From positions 6,696,001-6,760,000 of the forward strand of contig CM030332.1 in the NCBI GenBank assembly GCA_017654855.1: 64,000 nucleotides of DNA, in the 5' to 3' direction. Position 1 is the stretch's first letter, and the number at the start of each line of letters is the position of its first letter. A program made the translations under genes and the position numbers. The notes below the pieces were generated by a model. That model worked only from the letters and a program-made list of their open reading frames with translations. It was not told where the DNA came from and ran no database searches. Shown here piece by piece: positions 25,732 through 42,250 of the stretch. This DNA is from Podospora anserina (Eukaryota).

Positions 25732-27426
25732 ATGGCCAAAGTCTTCAGTGCAGAAGAAGGCGTGTCTAAACAAATCAACCACACACAGGTGAATGCATTG
25801 CTGACCGTTGATCCAGTTGCCAAGCACAACACCGCAGAAAGCTGCTGGGTAGTCCTCCATGGCGCTGTTTACGATGTAACAGAGTTCCTCCCCTCCCACC
25901 CAGGAGGCTCCAGAATCATTCTTCAGCTCGCCGGCCGGGACGCCACCGCCGAGTTCGACCCTATCCACCCCCCAGGCACTCTCGAGGACAACCTCCCACC
26001 CACCGCCAAACTCGGCATCGTCGACCCCGAGAGCCTCAAAAAACTCCAACGCCAGTCCAACACCGCCAACCCAGCCCAGGAAGCAGCACGCCCACCCCCG
26101 CCACTCCACCACCTCCTCAATCTAGACGAAATCGAAGCAGTTGCCAAAACCCAAGTCTCCAAGAAATGCTGGGCCTACTACTTCTCCGCCGCCGACGACC
26201 TCATCTCCAAGACATACAACAATACCGTCTATCGCAACATTCTCCTCCGCCCCCGCGTCTTCGTCGACGTCACCAAAGCAGACACCACCACCTCCATCCT
26301 CGGCGGCGCCTTCAAGCTCGCCACCCCCTTGTACGTCTCCCCAGCAGCCATGGCCCGGCTGGCTCACCCGGACGGGGAAGCTGGAATAGCAAAAGGCATC
26401 TCCCGCTTCGGGGCCATGCAGCTCGTCTCCCACAACGCCTCCATGTCGCCGGAGCAAATCGTTGCCGAGGCCAAACCGGATCAGATCTTTGGCTGGCAGC
26501 TCTACGTACAGAACGCTCGTGCTAAATCCGAGGCCATGCTGGCGAGGATAGCCAAACTGCCGCAGTACAAGTGCATTGTTCTTACTCTTGACGCACCTGT
26601 TCCTAGCAAGAGGGAGCATGACGAAAAGGCCGCGTTGGAGGCGGAGCTACTGATTGAGGCATCGAAATCAGAGGAGGAAAAGGAAAAGGCAAAGAAGAGG
26701 CCGGATTCGAATAGTGGTGTGGGACAGCAGCTGTTCTTTGGCACGGCGGCTGATTTGACGTGGGATACGACTTTGCCGTGGTTGGCGAAGCATACCAAAC
26801 TGCCTATTGTTTTGAAGGGGATCCAGACGCACGAGGATGTTTACCTGGCTGCGCAGTATGCGAAGAAGCATCCGGGGACGGTCAAGGCGGTCATTTTGAG
26901 CAATCACGGGGGTAGGTCGTTGGATACGGCGCCGCCGGCGGTGCATACGCTGTTGGAATGCAAGAAGTACTGTCCGGAAGTGTTTGATATCATTGAGATT
27001 TGGGTGGATGGGGGTATCAGGAGGGGGACGGATGTGGTCAAGGCTTTGTGTCTAGGGGCAAAAGCGGTGGGCGTAGGCAGGGCTGCACTCTATGGGTTAG
27101 GGGCTGGCGGGTGGAAGGGGGTGGAGAGGACTTTCGAAAGTGAGTTTGCCTTCATTGCTGCGGATTCTTTGGTCGTGAGGGTGCTGACATGATCATCAGT
27201 TCTCCAAGGCGAAATTCAGACGTGCATGAAGATGATGGGCGCAAAAGACATATCGGAGCTTGGGCCACGCTTTGTGAGTTTGCCCGGATTTCAAGGGGCC
27301 CCTGACGAAGAGCTAATAATCTTGTGATCGCAGATCAACAGCAGGATGGTCGAGCGGGACATCTTCGATGGCGGGGCTGGTCTCGACAGAACGGGGTTGT
27401 GGACGTCTCGTGCTGCCAAGCTGTAG
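25732..27426 (+). CDS. Cytochrome b5 + FMN-dependent alpha-hydroxy acid dehydrogenase (flavocytochrome b2-like), C-terminal AKL; introns 25760-25816 (GC-AG), 27140-27199, 27274-27333
   Basis: HPGG heme motif, [36 protein letters not shown]. Spliced end reads ...[10 protein letters not shown]. Confidence 0.92.
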
Positions 27427-30008
27427 GCGATTTTGCGGGGGAAGGTGTGCCAAGCTGGGTTGAGCATGTCGTAGATTCTTTTGCATGACGATCTCGCCCT
27501 AGCCGAGGCGGCATGTGGTTTGACGGGTGTTTTTGGGTTCTAGACAATTACCTGGAAGAAGAACGTTACGAACAAGCACGTTCATTTGGGAAGTGTGTGT
27601 ACAACGCTGGTTTGTAATGCGAGATATTCAAATGGGTGCTGCAAAACCTCGCGATGGCCTTCTCATGGCAGCTATTCAAAGTCAGTCGGTTAGTCCGATG
27701 TTCACATGATGTCAATTCGATCAAGCAGTGCCGTCGGGTTGTTGCATGAGGCACAGATGTAGCCAAGACGGCTGTTCGAGGCTCTGCGGGTGCCAAATCT
27801 GCAAGGATTTGAGCTGGTCTCATGATGACCACCTCCTCCCCTTTTCCACAACAGCTTCCAGATCAGCAAGGGCAGATGAAAAGGTGACGCCAATATTTGG
27901 TATCAAAATTCAAGCTGGACACCACAGAATCAACTTGATTGGTTTATCTGCACCCACATGGATAAGAGGGAGAATGGGAAGTGTTCAGGGGAAAACCCAA
28001 ACGCCACTTGAATCAACGGCATACTGCGTATTTGAGAGACGCGAATTGCCAAAACTACAACGTTGCAACCGGGTTTTCTGAGAGGACAGGAGTCGAATCG
28101 GCGGTTGGCTTCGTGCGTGCCATCAAAGAATTTCGTTGTGGTTGCATCACTGGAACCGGGCCGACCACTCACAGGCTTCCATCCTGGAAAGAGGACTCAA
28201 GCTTCGGTGTCAAATCTCCCAGTGGATCGCGTGGACACCTCTCCACTGGTCCACTCTCAACAACACAGACGGTATCGACTCGCAAAAAGCGCTCCACGGA
28301 TACGCAATTGTTGAACTCTTCCGTGGAGTCGCTAAAAAACTGGTTGAGAATCGGTGGTGATGGTGATCAGGGCAAAGAGAAAATAGTCGAGGGGAGCTGA
28401 AGGAGAGATTCACATGCAAGTTTCGACAGAATGATACTCGGCCCCTCATCTGATAAATAGGCGAACGTTTGACCAAGAGTTTACTCTTGGAGAGATTTAT
28501 TGGAGAAATAGCTTGGCTGTGCGACTCCAAAAGTGCCTCTGTACCCAATAGTGAGCACTGCTTCACGCCTCTCGCGGCCAAATGCAGGTGTTGAGCTTTG
28601 TCGCTTTCGGTGGAGTAGACCCAAAATTTTCATGTGCTCCATCCATGCCGAGGGCCTTTCCCTGTCGAGCAGGGATCTGCAGACAGGGAAGAGGTCCCCT
28701 TGACGCCTCTCCCCCAGAAAATGCGGGGGCAGGCCACGAAATGATCTCTTGGCATCATCCTCGTTTTGGCAGTCACGTCCGTTGTCGTTCAGATTCTCGA
28801 CCCTCAAATCTCGACAGTGCCACCGTTTTTTCAGAAGAAGACCCTCGCCACGATAATGCCAACCACGACGGATTTGAATAGTTTTTCGGCCGCCCTTGCA
28901 ACGGTGTGTTAGAGGTGCCGAGTAAGTAGCCGGCCTGATAGACTCGAGCAACGATAGTTATGTAAGAATGAATACCTTCGAGTCAAGCCGATTTAGATAG
29001 ACGTTGCGCAAACTGCCAACACAAGAGCTGCTGCAATCTCGTCAGGTCTGAGCAGCCTGCATATGCAGAGGGTTGCTAGACCTCATGCAGTTAGAGACGC
29101 CTCCTCGTGTGAGGCTTTTCCCCACTGGTGCTCGCAGGTTCCAATCCTTTCACGCTGTCGACGGCAGCAAGTACGGATACGGAAGCAATCGCCTCAGCAT
29201 GTCAAGCTGGCCTGGCCCCGTTTCCTCCACATTCCCCGCATTGTCAGTCTCGGGCCAAGATCTCTGGGCATTGAGAAAAACCCCATTCTCCTGGCGACGG
29301 TAACAATTGATGGGGAGGCCCAACCGACTGTTCAACGCGAAGGAGCAAGCGTCCGGATTTGTACAAGAAGGCCTCACTGACATCACAAACCGAACCAGCT
29401 GATGTATTTTTGTGTTCAGATCAAAGAAACGTCGGTGAGGTAGGTGGCTTTGATCTGATCTCTTGGCTCTCGGTACGGTTAGCCATGTCCCACGGAACAT
29501 TTCAGGGGCGCTGGCCATCTTGGAGCTGAAAAGGGTTAGGGTATGAAATGACGGGCGCGACAAGGGCGCAACAAAGACTGCGGGGGAACCAGGTCAACTG
29601 GGCAATAGCTCGGGGGACCTACTTGAACAGGCTAGAGGAGTGGTCAAGACGAGACCTACCAGCGGGTGGCAACCAGGATCCATTGTCCTCCAGACCAACG
29701 CACCTTGCCATCACGGGGGAGCAAGCGACAGAAAGCGACGATGGCCCCGACCCTTGCTCTCCCGACTTGCAAGCTTGCCCGCCGACAGGCAATTCCCCTG
29801 TGCGGCGTCCCCAATTCTCTTTGCGACCACTCAGAGCTCTTGTGTTCATGACACACTTATAAGTGGTCAGCCCTGTCCTCCCGCGTCTCTTATACCCCCC
29901 TTCTTTCCTCTTCATACCGTTTCACCCTCCCGTCCATCCACCCATTCTGCATCCTTCTTTCTGCAGGCTGAGGAGAACCGGTATCGTGATCCGTCACAGA
30001 CTTCCGAC

Positions 30009-31180
30009 ATGGCCGACGCCGACAAGCCCATCGCTACCACTAGCGAGAATGTTGTTGAGAAGCCGCGGAGACGCGGATGTGTAGGACACTGCGTCAGATT
30101 CTGGTGGGTGTACTTGATCGTCCTCATCGTTCTTACTGTCATTCTTGTGCCAGTCATGTAAGTGTTTGCCCATTCTCCGTTGCCAACATTCGCGGCGAAT
30201 TCTTACTGATTCATCACCCAGTCTCCTGGTCGCCGTTCCCAAGATTGCTCAGTCCAAGCTTGATGACGCCGAGCTCATTATCAACGGCATCACTGTCACC
30301 GATACCCAGACCAAGAAGATGACCATGTCTATCGACAGCACCATCAAGAGTGATGGCAAGGTTCACGCCACCATTGAGCCCTTCCTCGGGGTCATGTACC
30401 TCGAGGATATCCCTTCGCACATTCCTTTCGCCAGCATCAACTTCCCCGAGACCACCAGCGAGGCGCTTCAGCAGGTCAAGGTTACCCAGACCCTCGAGAT
30501 CAAGGATGTGGATGCCCTGACCACCTTCAACACATGGCTGCTCGCCAACGAGACCCTCAGAGTGACCGTCTTTGGTGAGACTGGTATTCACGTCAAGGGC
30601 ATCTCTAGACGCTATCCCGTTACTTTCAAGAAGACCATCGAGATGCCCGGCCTCCAGATGCTTCGGGGCACTTCTGTCAACGAGACCACGATCAACCTCG
30701 ATCCCGTGAATAACTTCAACGCAACAACCTGGATTCCCAACCGCTCTCTTGTGTCTTTCGAACTTGTAAGTCTTGACCGAGTCATCTCTACCATCACTTG
30801 AGCGTTTACTCATCCTTCACCAGGGCAATGCCACCTTCCACAACTACCTTGACGGCAAGGAGATTGGTACCGTCTATATTGACAACCTCTTCCTCAAAGC
30901 CGGCGAGGTCACCAAGGCCGACATGCGCGCCACCATTGAGAATGCACCCGTAATTGAGGCCCTCGGAAAGTCTCCCGCTTGCGACAAGGACAATGGATGG
31001 CTCGACTTCGAAATTCGTGGCAAGACCGTCAACAACAAGGGCCAAGACCTTCCCTACTTCGCCAAGGCTTTGGCTGCAGACACCCAGACCATTCCTATCG
31101 ATATCGGCGGCACGATTCAGCGGTCTTTGGGTCTCACTATTCCCTGCGGCGGCCTCGACGGCGGTGATCATTCTGATTAA
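30009..31180 (+). CDS. Single-TM membrane protein, DUF3712-like (3 exons; introns about 30158-30220 and 30766-30823)
   Basis: RRRGCVGHCVRFWWVYLIVLIVL TM anchor, VPKIAQSKLDDAEL, IPNRSLVSFEL|GNATF. Family assignment from recalled motifs. Confidence 0.75.
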
Positions 31181-32158
31181 GTCGCAGGCCGTCATGAGTC
31201 CTGATGAGCACCTTGCCATATATCGAAACTTGTAATGACCAGGCGAACGGATGGAATTCTGTGTTAATACCTTTCTGCTTTTTTGTTGATGTTGTTTCTG
31301 GGAGCTGAGATACCACTGTATGGTTTTTTTTGCTGCGATGGGATGAGTAATGTGGAAAAACAAAGATACCAAATGAAGTTCATGAATTGAACTTGGAGAA
31401 GGGAGGCTCAGTCTGACTGTAGCTATGGGAAGATAGGGGTCTTGGGGCGGGGGTATGTACAGTACTTTTGGATGGGCTGGCTATATATAAGTCGGCAGTC
31501 CTTGTAACATTGCCAGTCGGTGGGCGACACTGACTGACCAACAACATGACACCTTTTAGGCCTTCAAGATACGCATGCTTCCTATCTTTTACATGACCAT
31601 CAAAGATTTGTCCATCTGAGCACAAATATGGTCTTGCATCAGTTTATATCACCCTGGCTGCTCACGTTATCATTACCTAGGTGTGCAGTAGAGCCGAAGC
31701 CAACCTTGTAAACTCGCTCTACCTACCTGCCTACCTCCGGACCAAGTCTTCATGCTGAATGCCATCCCTTCCATCATTGACCCCGTCTGATGTTGACGGG
31801 AATGGGACATTGGCAGGAAGATGTTGGTCCTCGTTGCCAGGAAGAAGACATTGCCGTTGATAGCCACCGGTTTCATCACAAGTCACCGAGGGTGTCCAAA
31901 TGATATTGCTGCAACACTTTTACTTTTATCACTCCACAAATTTTCATGGAATTATGCAGAATAACTGGCCCTGACGGCTAGGATTACGATGACACTTCTG
32001 TAGCCGAGCAGCAGTTCAGGCTCTATTTACATATGCCGGACGTATTGGCACCTGATCGTGATTTCCATTCCCCGTACATCAATTCCTCAATCTCGCACAC
32101 CGATGCTTCTCTTCAGTATACACAACTACCCATCACAATCCTTCATCCCATCACGTCA

Positions 32159-33072
32159 TTAATACCTCCCCTTCCTCTTCCTCCCAAACCGTTCCTCCCC
32201 CGACAAACCCGTCCTCAAATCTGGCAACACCCCACTATCACCCCCCGCCGTTGCTGTCCCAGCGCTCACAAACTCAACCCTCTCCCCCCTCCCCCTCTCC
32301 CTCTCCTTCCTAGTCTTAATCTGAGTCTTCCACAACGCATCCTTGTACGCCCACCCGGGAAACCCCGTCAGCGGATCCCAGAGCTCTTTACTCAGGGTGG
32401 TAGCATACTGCTCCGTTCCTCTCCCTCCGTCATCATCCCCGTCAAAACTCGTCCCGATCCCGGCAAACGTCAGCAGCTGCTCCATCACTGCTGGGTTTCT
32501 CAGGCCGTGGGATTGCGCGATACGTTCGTTGAAGTGAATGTTTTTCTCCCGTTTGAGTTTGAGGAAGTTGTCGAATTTGGCAGTTAGGGAGTTGATTTGT
32601 GGGAGGAGGGTTGGGGAAAGGGGCGGGGAGGGAGGGATGGAGGTGTCGGGATTGGGAGGGAGGGTAAGGCCTTGGATTAGGGCGCGGTTGGTGGAGTAGG
32701 GGGATCGAGGGGGGGGGGAGGGGTCGAGGGGGATGGTCATTTCCATGTCTTCTGGTTCGGGGAGGGTGTTCGATGGTGGGAGGGAAGGGCCGAGGGCGGG
32801 GCCTAAGACGGGGCCGAGGGGTGGTGACTGTTTTGATGGCTGGGGCAAGGGTTGAGGTGGTGGTGAGGGTTGTTTGGGTGGGAACGAGGGTGTTTGTTGG
32901 GACGCATCTTTAACTTCTGGTGCGATGGGTTTGACTGGTGGTTTTGTGACCTTCAAAAACGCGTGTTAGTGGAAGTATGCATGGTTGCGAGAGTGTAAAA
33001 ACTTACCTGAGGCTCGGGGAGCGGTTGGGCTTCCTCGTCCTCGTCACTACTTTCGTATACTACCAAACCCAT
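32159..33072 (-). CDS. HCNGP / SAP30-binding-protein-like (2 exons; intron 32951-33006)
   Basis: MGLVVYESSDEDEE start, KFDNFLKLKREKNIHFNERIAQSHGLRNPAVMEQLLTFAGI, EQYATTLSKELWDP. Confidence 0.8.
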
Positions 33073-33505
33073 TTCTTGGAGATAATATGCGGCCAATTTC
33101 GTTTAGAAAATATGAGCCTTCGTGTTTGGGAATAATGGAATTGCGGCTCAACTTGATGGTTCTCTTGTATGTTTGAGAAGAAGGGTATCACGTGCAGCCT
33201 TGGCAGGTGAAGTTGAACCTGAGCCATCCAGCCTCAGGCTGTCAGCCACCCACCCTTGCCTTGGCAGCGCAGGCCCGCACTGACCAAGCAGCACCCGCCA
33301 GGAAGGCAGCACTTGGACGCGAAGCTACAGGGAGCTCCAGCCCCAATCCAACATCATCGAACAAGCTCCCCGTATCAACCAACCCAACGTAATCACCGAC
33401 GACGAAACAGACTCCAACCGCTCTCGAGAAACGAATCGAAACCCGAATTCATAGCCGCTCCCCAGACCACTGTTGTGTTACTACCCTTCACAACCCACCG
33501 CAGCC

Positions 33506-34458
33506 ATGGATCACCGCCCGCAAGCCTGGGGTCGTGTATGTCCCCTCACATCCACCACTGCCCACCACGGCAACAACTAACCTTCCCGCTCTCAAAGCCC
33601 AGAGATGATGTCTACGGCGCCTACGATGCCTCCTACCTCAACAACAGCGGTCCCAGAACCGTCACACAATCACCCGTCGTAACAGGCACCTCGGTCATCG
33701 CAATCAAGTACAAGGACGGCGTCGTTATGGCGGCCGATAACCTGGGTATGTTTCGCCTCCTCAACCCACCCCAGCAACCGCCCAACTAACATCCCCTCCC
33801 CAAACCAGCCTCCTACGGCTCTCTAGCCCGCTTTACCGACGTCAAGCGCCTCCGCACCTTCCTCGACACAACCGTCATCGGCTTCGGCGGCGACGTTTCC
33901 GACATGCAGTTCCTCGACCGCCACCTCAAAGAGCTAGCCACCGACGAATCCTACGAGGTGGAGCCAACCCTCGACGACGAAGACGACGAAGAATCCTCCT
34001 CTTCCAAACCCGGCCACCTCAACGCAGCCAACCTCTTCAAGTACCTCCAAAAGCTCATGTACCAACGCCGCAACTCGTTCGACCCCCTCTGGAATCAGAT
34101 TCTCGTTGCCGGGCTCGACTCGGACTCGAAGCCCTTCCTCGCTTCTGTTGACTTGAGGGGAACATCTTTCACTTCCCCGTCGTTGGCTACCGGGTTTGGC
34201 GCGGCGTTGGCTCAGCCCATTATGCGCAAGTACGCTGGCACAGAGGAGGACGCTGCCAAGCTTACGAGGGAGCAGGCGGTGGAGGTGGTCAAGGAGTGCA
34301 TGAAGGTGCTTTTCTACCGTGATGCTAGGTCGCTGGATCGGTATTCCATTGCGGTGGTGAACAAGGATGGGATTGAGCTCAAGGAGGATGAGCAGCTCGA
34401 GAAGCAGAGTTGGGCGTTTGCTGAGCGGATCAAGGGGTATGGCACGCAAACTGTCTAA
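33506..34458 (+). CDS. PRE4: 20S proteasome subunit beta-7 (introns 33536-33597, 33746-33808)
   Basis: TQSPVVTGTSVIAIKYKDGVVMAADNL|ASYGSLARFTDVKRL, CMKVLFYRDARS, C-terminal IKGYGTQTV. Confidence 0.96.
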
Positions 34459-34962
34459 GGCTTGGGCTTGGGCTGTAGCAATGATGGGAGCATGGGTTCT
34501 TAGAAATGGATGGGCAAGTCTTCGCCTTGTACTGTCAGCAAGCATGTGCAAACGAATGAATGATTCTGAGCAAAAAGTAGCTTGTGACAGCATGGCTCAC
34601 CGGTTCAAATTACGACTAACCTTGCATCACGAGAAATGTTCAGATTTGCTCTCCAATTCGCTGTTCATGTCTCTTTATTCCGACTCGCTTTCCTAGATAT
34701 GTATACCACTATCTTGTAAATCCCTAACAAAAAATCGACATGGGGCGAAAATAACACAAAAATACGCTTTCTTTGGCACGCCAAAACCAGTGCAGACGAC
34801 AAGTCTTTGAAAAGCATCGGTGTACCACCCACACCTGATATCCTTTTTTTGGGTACCCCCCTTTCCGCCCAACGCCAGTTGGCTTGGGAAATTAACAGAC
34901 GGTAGCATCCGTATTCTTACACACATACAACTCCACCCCCAGCGCCGGCTGCTGCCAACACT

Positions 34963-37427
<2,465 letters not shown>

Positions 37428-40400
37428 TGTCACCGACTGCCAGCAAAACGAGGGGATCGAAAGTAAAAACCGGAAATTGCGAAGATGAGAATGCGCGGGG
37501 TGAGCGAGTGGGTATCACGGGATGGTGCTTTCACAAGCCTCCAAAGCTAAAAGCAAGAACAGGTGAGTCGAGTTGATGATGGGAAGGGGAATGGAGTCAG
37601 GAAGGCCACCTGTATCTGCAGCCTCTGGGGAGCTTGACTTTATGGCTGGCCCTCTGGCACCGAACTGGCGCGAGGAATGCTGCAGGGTGTTTGGAGTGGG
37701 GCAGCTAGCGGCCGGAGTCGACTGGGAACAGGGGTTGTGCTGGGCGCAGCATCTGCCATTGACCACCGTCGTCACTGCCCACCTCTCGTTTGACCTTAGC
37801 CCGTCGTGTTCACCTCTTTTGCTTTCTTTGGAATAATGGAATACCACCTGGAAGCGCAGTTACCCGGCCCTTCCTAACACCCTCGCTTTATCCAATTCGC
37901 CCGCCCTGAAATCCCGATCGACACACTGCAGAAAGAGGCACTATGTGTTGCACTTCAGGTTTCTTGTTCGCTGACAGCGCCGCTGTCAACAGGGGATCCA
38001 AGAGCTCCTACCGACGGAGGCGTCTCGGTGGCACCCTGAGTCCTGACCACAAGGCCTCATCCCCCGCGCACACCCCCCCAACTGCCTGCTCTGCTCCTCG
38101 CCGTCTGATATCAAAACAAACCAGGCGTTTGTTTGCGTCGCTCGTAATCTTTTACAACACTTGGACTAAGTTCCGGATGTCTCACGGGTGCCTCAACTTT
38201 TACAAGAGGAAGGGGTGACCAAAAGCAACGACATCATTCCAATGCAACTTGTTCTCCGAGACGGTCTCAGAGTTGGACAGGAAGGAAAGCAACAGCCTTC
38301 CCATTGGAGAAGATGAGGAGCCGCCAGCGGGCTGCATACTCTTGTCAGCTCATCGCTCATCTTCAACTCCGATCACCACAGCACCGCTTGCTAGTCAGCT
38401 TGCCGCTTGTCGGTCCAACACTTTGGCTTTTGTCAGTTACGTGGTGCTATCTAGCCTCAACAGTAGCTCGTCCCGTCAGATCGAGGCGGTTGCTCTTAAC
38501 GCCCTTTTGCGAGTCAACTGGTCTTGTCTCGGCAGTCGACCCTCTCAACTTGTTGTTTCTCGGCAACCTGCCATCGTTGTACGCTCGCTTTTCGGCGCCA
38601 AGAACGCTGCTGCTTGAGCTTGTCGTCTCACCGCCACCCGAATCCTGACATAACGGCTTCGGGCCCCTCAAATAGAGCAACGATGTGTCATTACAGTTCC
38701 GACAGGAGACACTCCGACCCTCTGCCCAGCAATACACGTATCGTCTGTTCTTCGTGCCCAGCGCCGACAATCCGGAAGGGGCAGCCACTCGGATCGGTAT
38801 ACAATTTGCTCCAGGGTCCCTCAATGGCAACAGTGGAGCATCTTCGTATCACGACGGGCCAAGCTGTTTCCCCGTGGGCGAGTGGATATAACCTCTGGTG
38901 CTTCGAGGCAGAAATATAACACAACATACAATCTCGTGGCTCTAGCGGTCCCCCAATTCTCTAGCTGCGTCCCTGTGCACAGTAGTTGGGTGTTGTCATA
39001 CCAAACCCCCTCGTTCATCTGCCCTATCGCTGTGCCTGTGAACATGACGTCTGTTTCCAGGTTCTCCGCCAATTGTCCATGGACATGGCATCCGGCTACG
39101 CTAGGCCAGGAACCGCCTAGAAAGACCAGAGAATGGTTCTGAATGCAACCCTTCCAACCAAGAAGCTTCCAAGATGATCGCCTCCCAGGTCCGGCACTGA
39201 TTACCGGGAATGGAATAACTATCATCAATCAAAACAAGCAGAAACCGCATCAAAAAAAGGGGGGCCAAAAGAGGTGAGATCGCGTGGCCCGCTTTTTGAG
39301 GCTGTGAACTGGTTTTCACACCCTGGTTTGTTGGAACAAAGGGATGGGTCTCTTCTCTCTCCCACAGGCGCCCCCCCCCTGGGCTTTGCGATTTCTATTC
39401 TTAGAAATACCTAATCTTGCTGGGTCCCTGGCGTGGGGCTTAAACCTTCCAACTGCCGGACACGATCATCTTGTCCCCTGTGGACGGTATCGTAACGACA
39501 AACGGCTTGGTGGGGGTGGAGGGGGGAAGAGAGAAGAGAGGGAACCAGATGCAAAAAAGTGCTACGATGCAAATGGGCCGCCCATACGCAATACGAGGAA
39601 ACAATTGCCCCCTTTTTCTATGTTTATATATGCGATATCGTCACGGGCCACTGTCAGTGATATGATGATGATGAGCAGTCGGATGCCTTGTCGCTTCGGC
39701 TCGGACACGGGCCTCGGAATTCCTTCCGAACATACGGAGCACGGGACAACCGAATGCGTTGGTTGTTGAGAACAATGCTGATGGAAAATAGGAGACAGGG
39801 TCACCGACCAAAAAAGATGTCTTGACATCAACGTGGTCCGTTGGTCCTTTCGATGTCCTTTCATTGACCGTCAACCAACACACCTCCTGTCCTGTCAAGA
39901 CCTTCTGTTCAGAATCCTTCCCATGCAAATGCATGTCAACAAGAGCGCTTCCTGCAGAAAGAATGATGCGAGCAACTGTCTGTTCTCTGAGACCGAGGTG
40001 AACCGACCGGATCCAATGAATGCGAAATCCTTCAGCCTTATCAGCCTTATACGGCATGCTCTTTTGACGAATCGGACTTCCAACGCGCCAGACTCTGCAT
40101 ACTGTTATCTCCAAAGGCGTCTCCGTTGCTTGCTCTGAAGGTGTTATATGCCATACCTGCATCAAGGCTTCTCATAGGCTTCCATCCAGGACACGAGGAG
40201 CGCGAAGGGTACCAACAACCAACAAGAGTAAACACAAGATGTGATTGGTCACTGGAAACAATTCCAAATACATCGTCATCATAATATCTTCGCTATCGGT
40301 GCATGGTATTACAGTAAAAGTAGTTTCAGTGTGCTCAAAACGCTTGGCATGAATTCATGCGCTCTATCCGCGTCTTCCTGTAATGTGATTCGTCATTATC

Positions 40401-40437
40401 TAACCCCCTTTCGCTCATCACCAACACCAAACCGTCT

Positions 40438-41820
40438 CTACAACTTCTGGTACTCAAGCTTGCCCTCCAGCTTCTTCGACTCAGCCACCTTGCGAACTGC
40501 CTTGTTGAAGTCATCCTGATTAATCGCATCTCTGTCGGCCTTGATGGCGAAGAGGCCGCTAGGAAGAGAAGGTCAGCATGGTAGTCTTCCAGTATTTGTT
40601 CCTGTTGGTAGACTTACGCCTCGGTAACCACGTTTCGCAAATCGGCACCGTTCAGCCCATCGCTCATCTTCACCACGCTCTCAAAGTCAATCTCCCCTTC
40701 CTTGGCCACGCCCGCGGCGTGAATCTTGAGAATCTCCAGACGTCCAACCTCATTGGGGAGGGGAATCTCAATCTTGCGGTCTAGACGCCCGGCACGTAGC
40801 AGCGCAGGGTCGAGTGTGTCAGGTCGGTTCGTGGCCATGATGATCTTGGTTTTCCCGAGATAGTCGAAACCGTCGAGCTGGTTGAGCAGCTCCATCAACG
40901 TCCGCTGGATTTCACGATCGGCACTAGTACCTTCGCTGAACCGGCGGCCACCGATGGCGTCGATTTCGTCCATGAAGATGATGCAGGGTTCGTGCTCCTT
41001 TGCGTATCCGAACATTTCGCGGATCAACCTGGCAGACTCGCCAATGTATTTGTCGACGATAGCTGATGCAACGACTGTGGAGGTGATTGCGTGTTAGTAA
41101 ACTTGTCGTCCAGAATGGAGCATGCCGATCACCTACCCTTTAGAAAATTCGTCTCCAGACTGCTAGCAACTGCTCTGGCAAGTAAGGTCTTGCCGGTACC
41201 TGGTGGACCGTACAGAAGCACGCCTTTGGGTGGCTTGATGCCTACTCGCAGGAACAACTCTGGGTTCTTGAGCGGAAGCTCAATGACTTCTCTGAGCTCG
41301 CGAATCTGGTCGTTGAGACCACCAATTCCGCCGAAGCTGACCTGGCCCGGATCTTCCAAAGACATGTTGTAGACGAGGGGGTCGACCTCGCGGGGAAGCA
41401 TGCGCATGATGGTGAGTGTCGTCATATCAAGCGCCACACGGGTTCCTTGCTTGAGCTTCGCTTTGTCGACCTTGGAGCGGCAACCGACGACGTAACGAGG
41501 ACCTGACGAGGCCTTAACAATAACTGCAAGAGGTTGGAATGTTAGCGGTGTGGTTGCGGGAAGTCAAATAACCATGAGCAGAGGGAAATGAACCGGAGGA
41601 CGAAAAACATACACCTCTCTTCGTCAAGCTGCTTCAGTACCTCGCCAATAATCTGCCCGACACTTTGTAACGCCTTGATGTGATCCTCTGTGTTGTCAAA
41701 GTCCTTCTGAAGACCCTTGATTTCGAGCCGGAGGTTCTTGAGCTTGGTTTCCCACTCTCGCGACTCAATCAACTTCTTCTTGAAGCTGGCGAGAGCATGC
41801 TCGCGCTCCTGGTCCGACAT
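40438..41820 (-). CDS. RPT4: 26S proteasome AAA-ATPase regulatory subunit (4 exons)
   Basis: [82 protein letters not shown]. Confidence 0.96.
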
Positions 41821-42250
41821 GATGGCGGCGTGGATACGGTGGCTGTTTCGATGGTTGTGAAGGGCTGGATCTTGTGGCTTGATGTTTAAAGTCGCAGCGG
41901 TGTTTGTGATTTGGATTTTTCGGTGAAAGAAAGGACGTTGTTGAAGGAATCGTGGTTGTCAGGCTGGGGTTGAATAGCGGCTTTCCAGCTCCAGTTGCGA
42001 TGCGTGTGCCACTCTGGGAGCTTATTCGTAGCTCTTGTTGCCTTGCCAGAGTGGGTCTGCCGCCCAAGTTGCTAGCCGTACGGGGCGAGCTGTGGCTGGT
42101 GCGACAAGGGTAGTTGAGGCTGATGTGACATTCAGCCAATAGGAAGCCGGCAATATTTCCGATCCATCTGATGAAGTCACCAACCATCCCCAATTGTCTC
42201 GCGAAAGTACATGGTTCAATTACTGTCATAACCCTCTGCTCCGTATTCTG

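Noticed and set aside
29195..29240. GNVEETGPG in minus-strand ORF 29150-29563 resembling a 2A ribosomal-skip peptide
   Set aside because: Lacks the required D(V/I)ExNPGP consensus, and the ORF has no support.
27900..29400. Possible HET-domain or other gene remnant (LPSW-like fragment)
   Set aside because: Only a 4-residue resemblance with no other motifs.
37900..40300. Short ORFs between GFA1 and RPT4
   Set aside because: No motifs or credible gene structure; treated as intergenic/promoter DNA.
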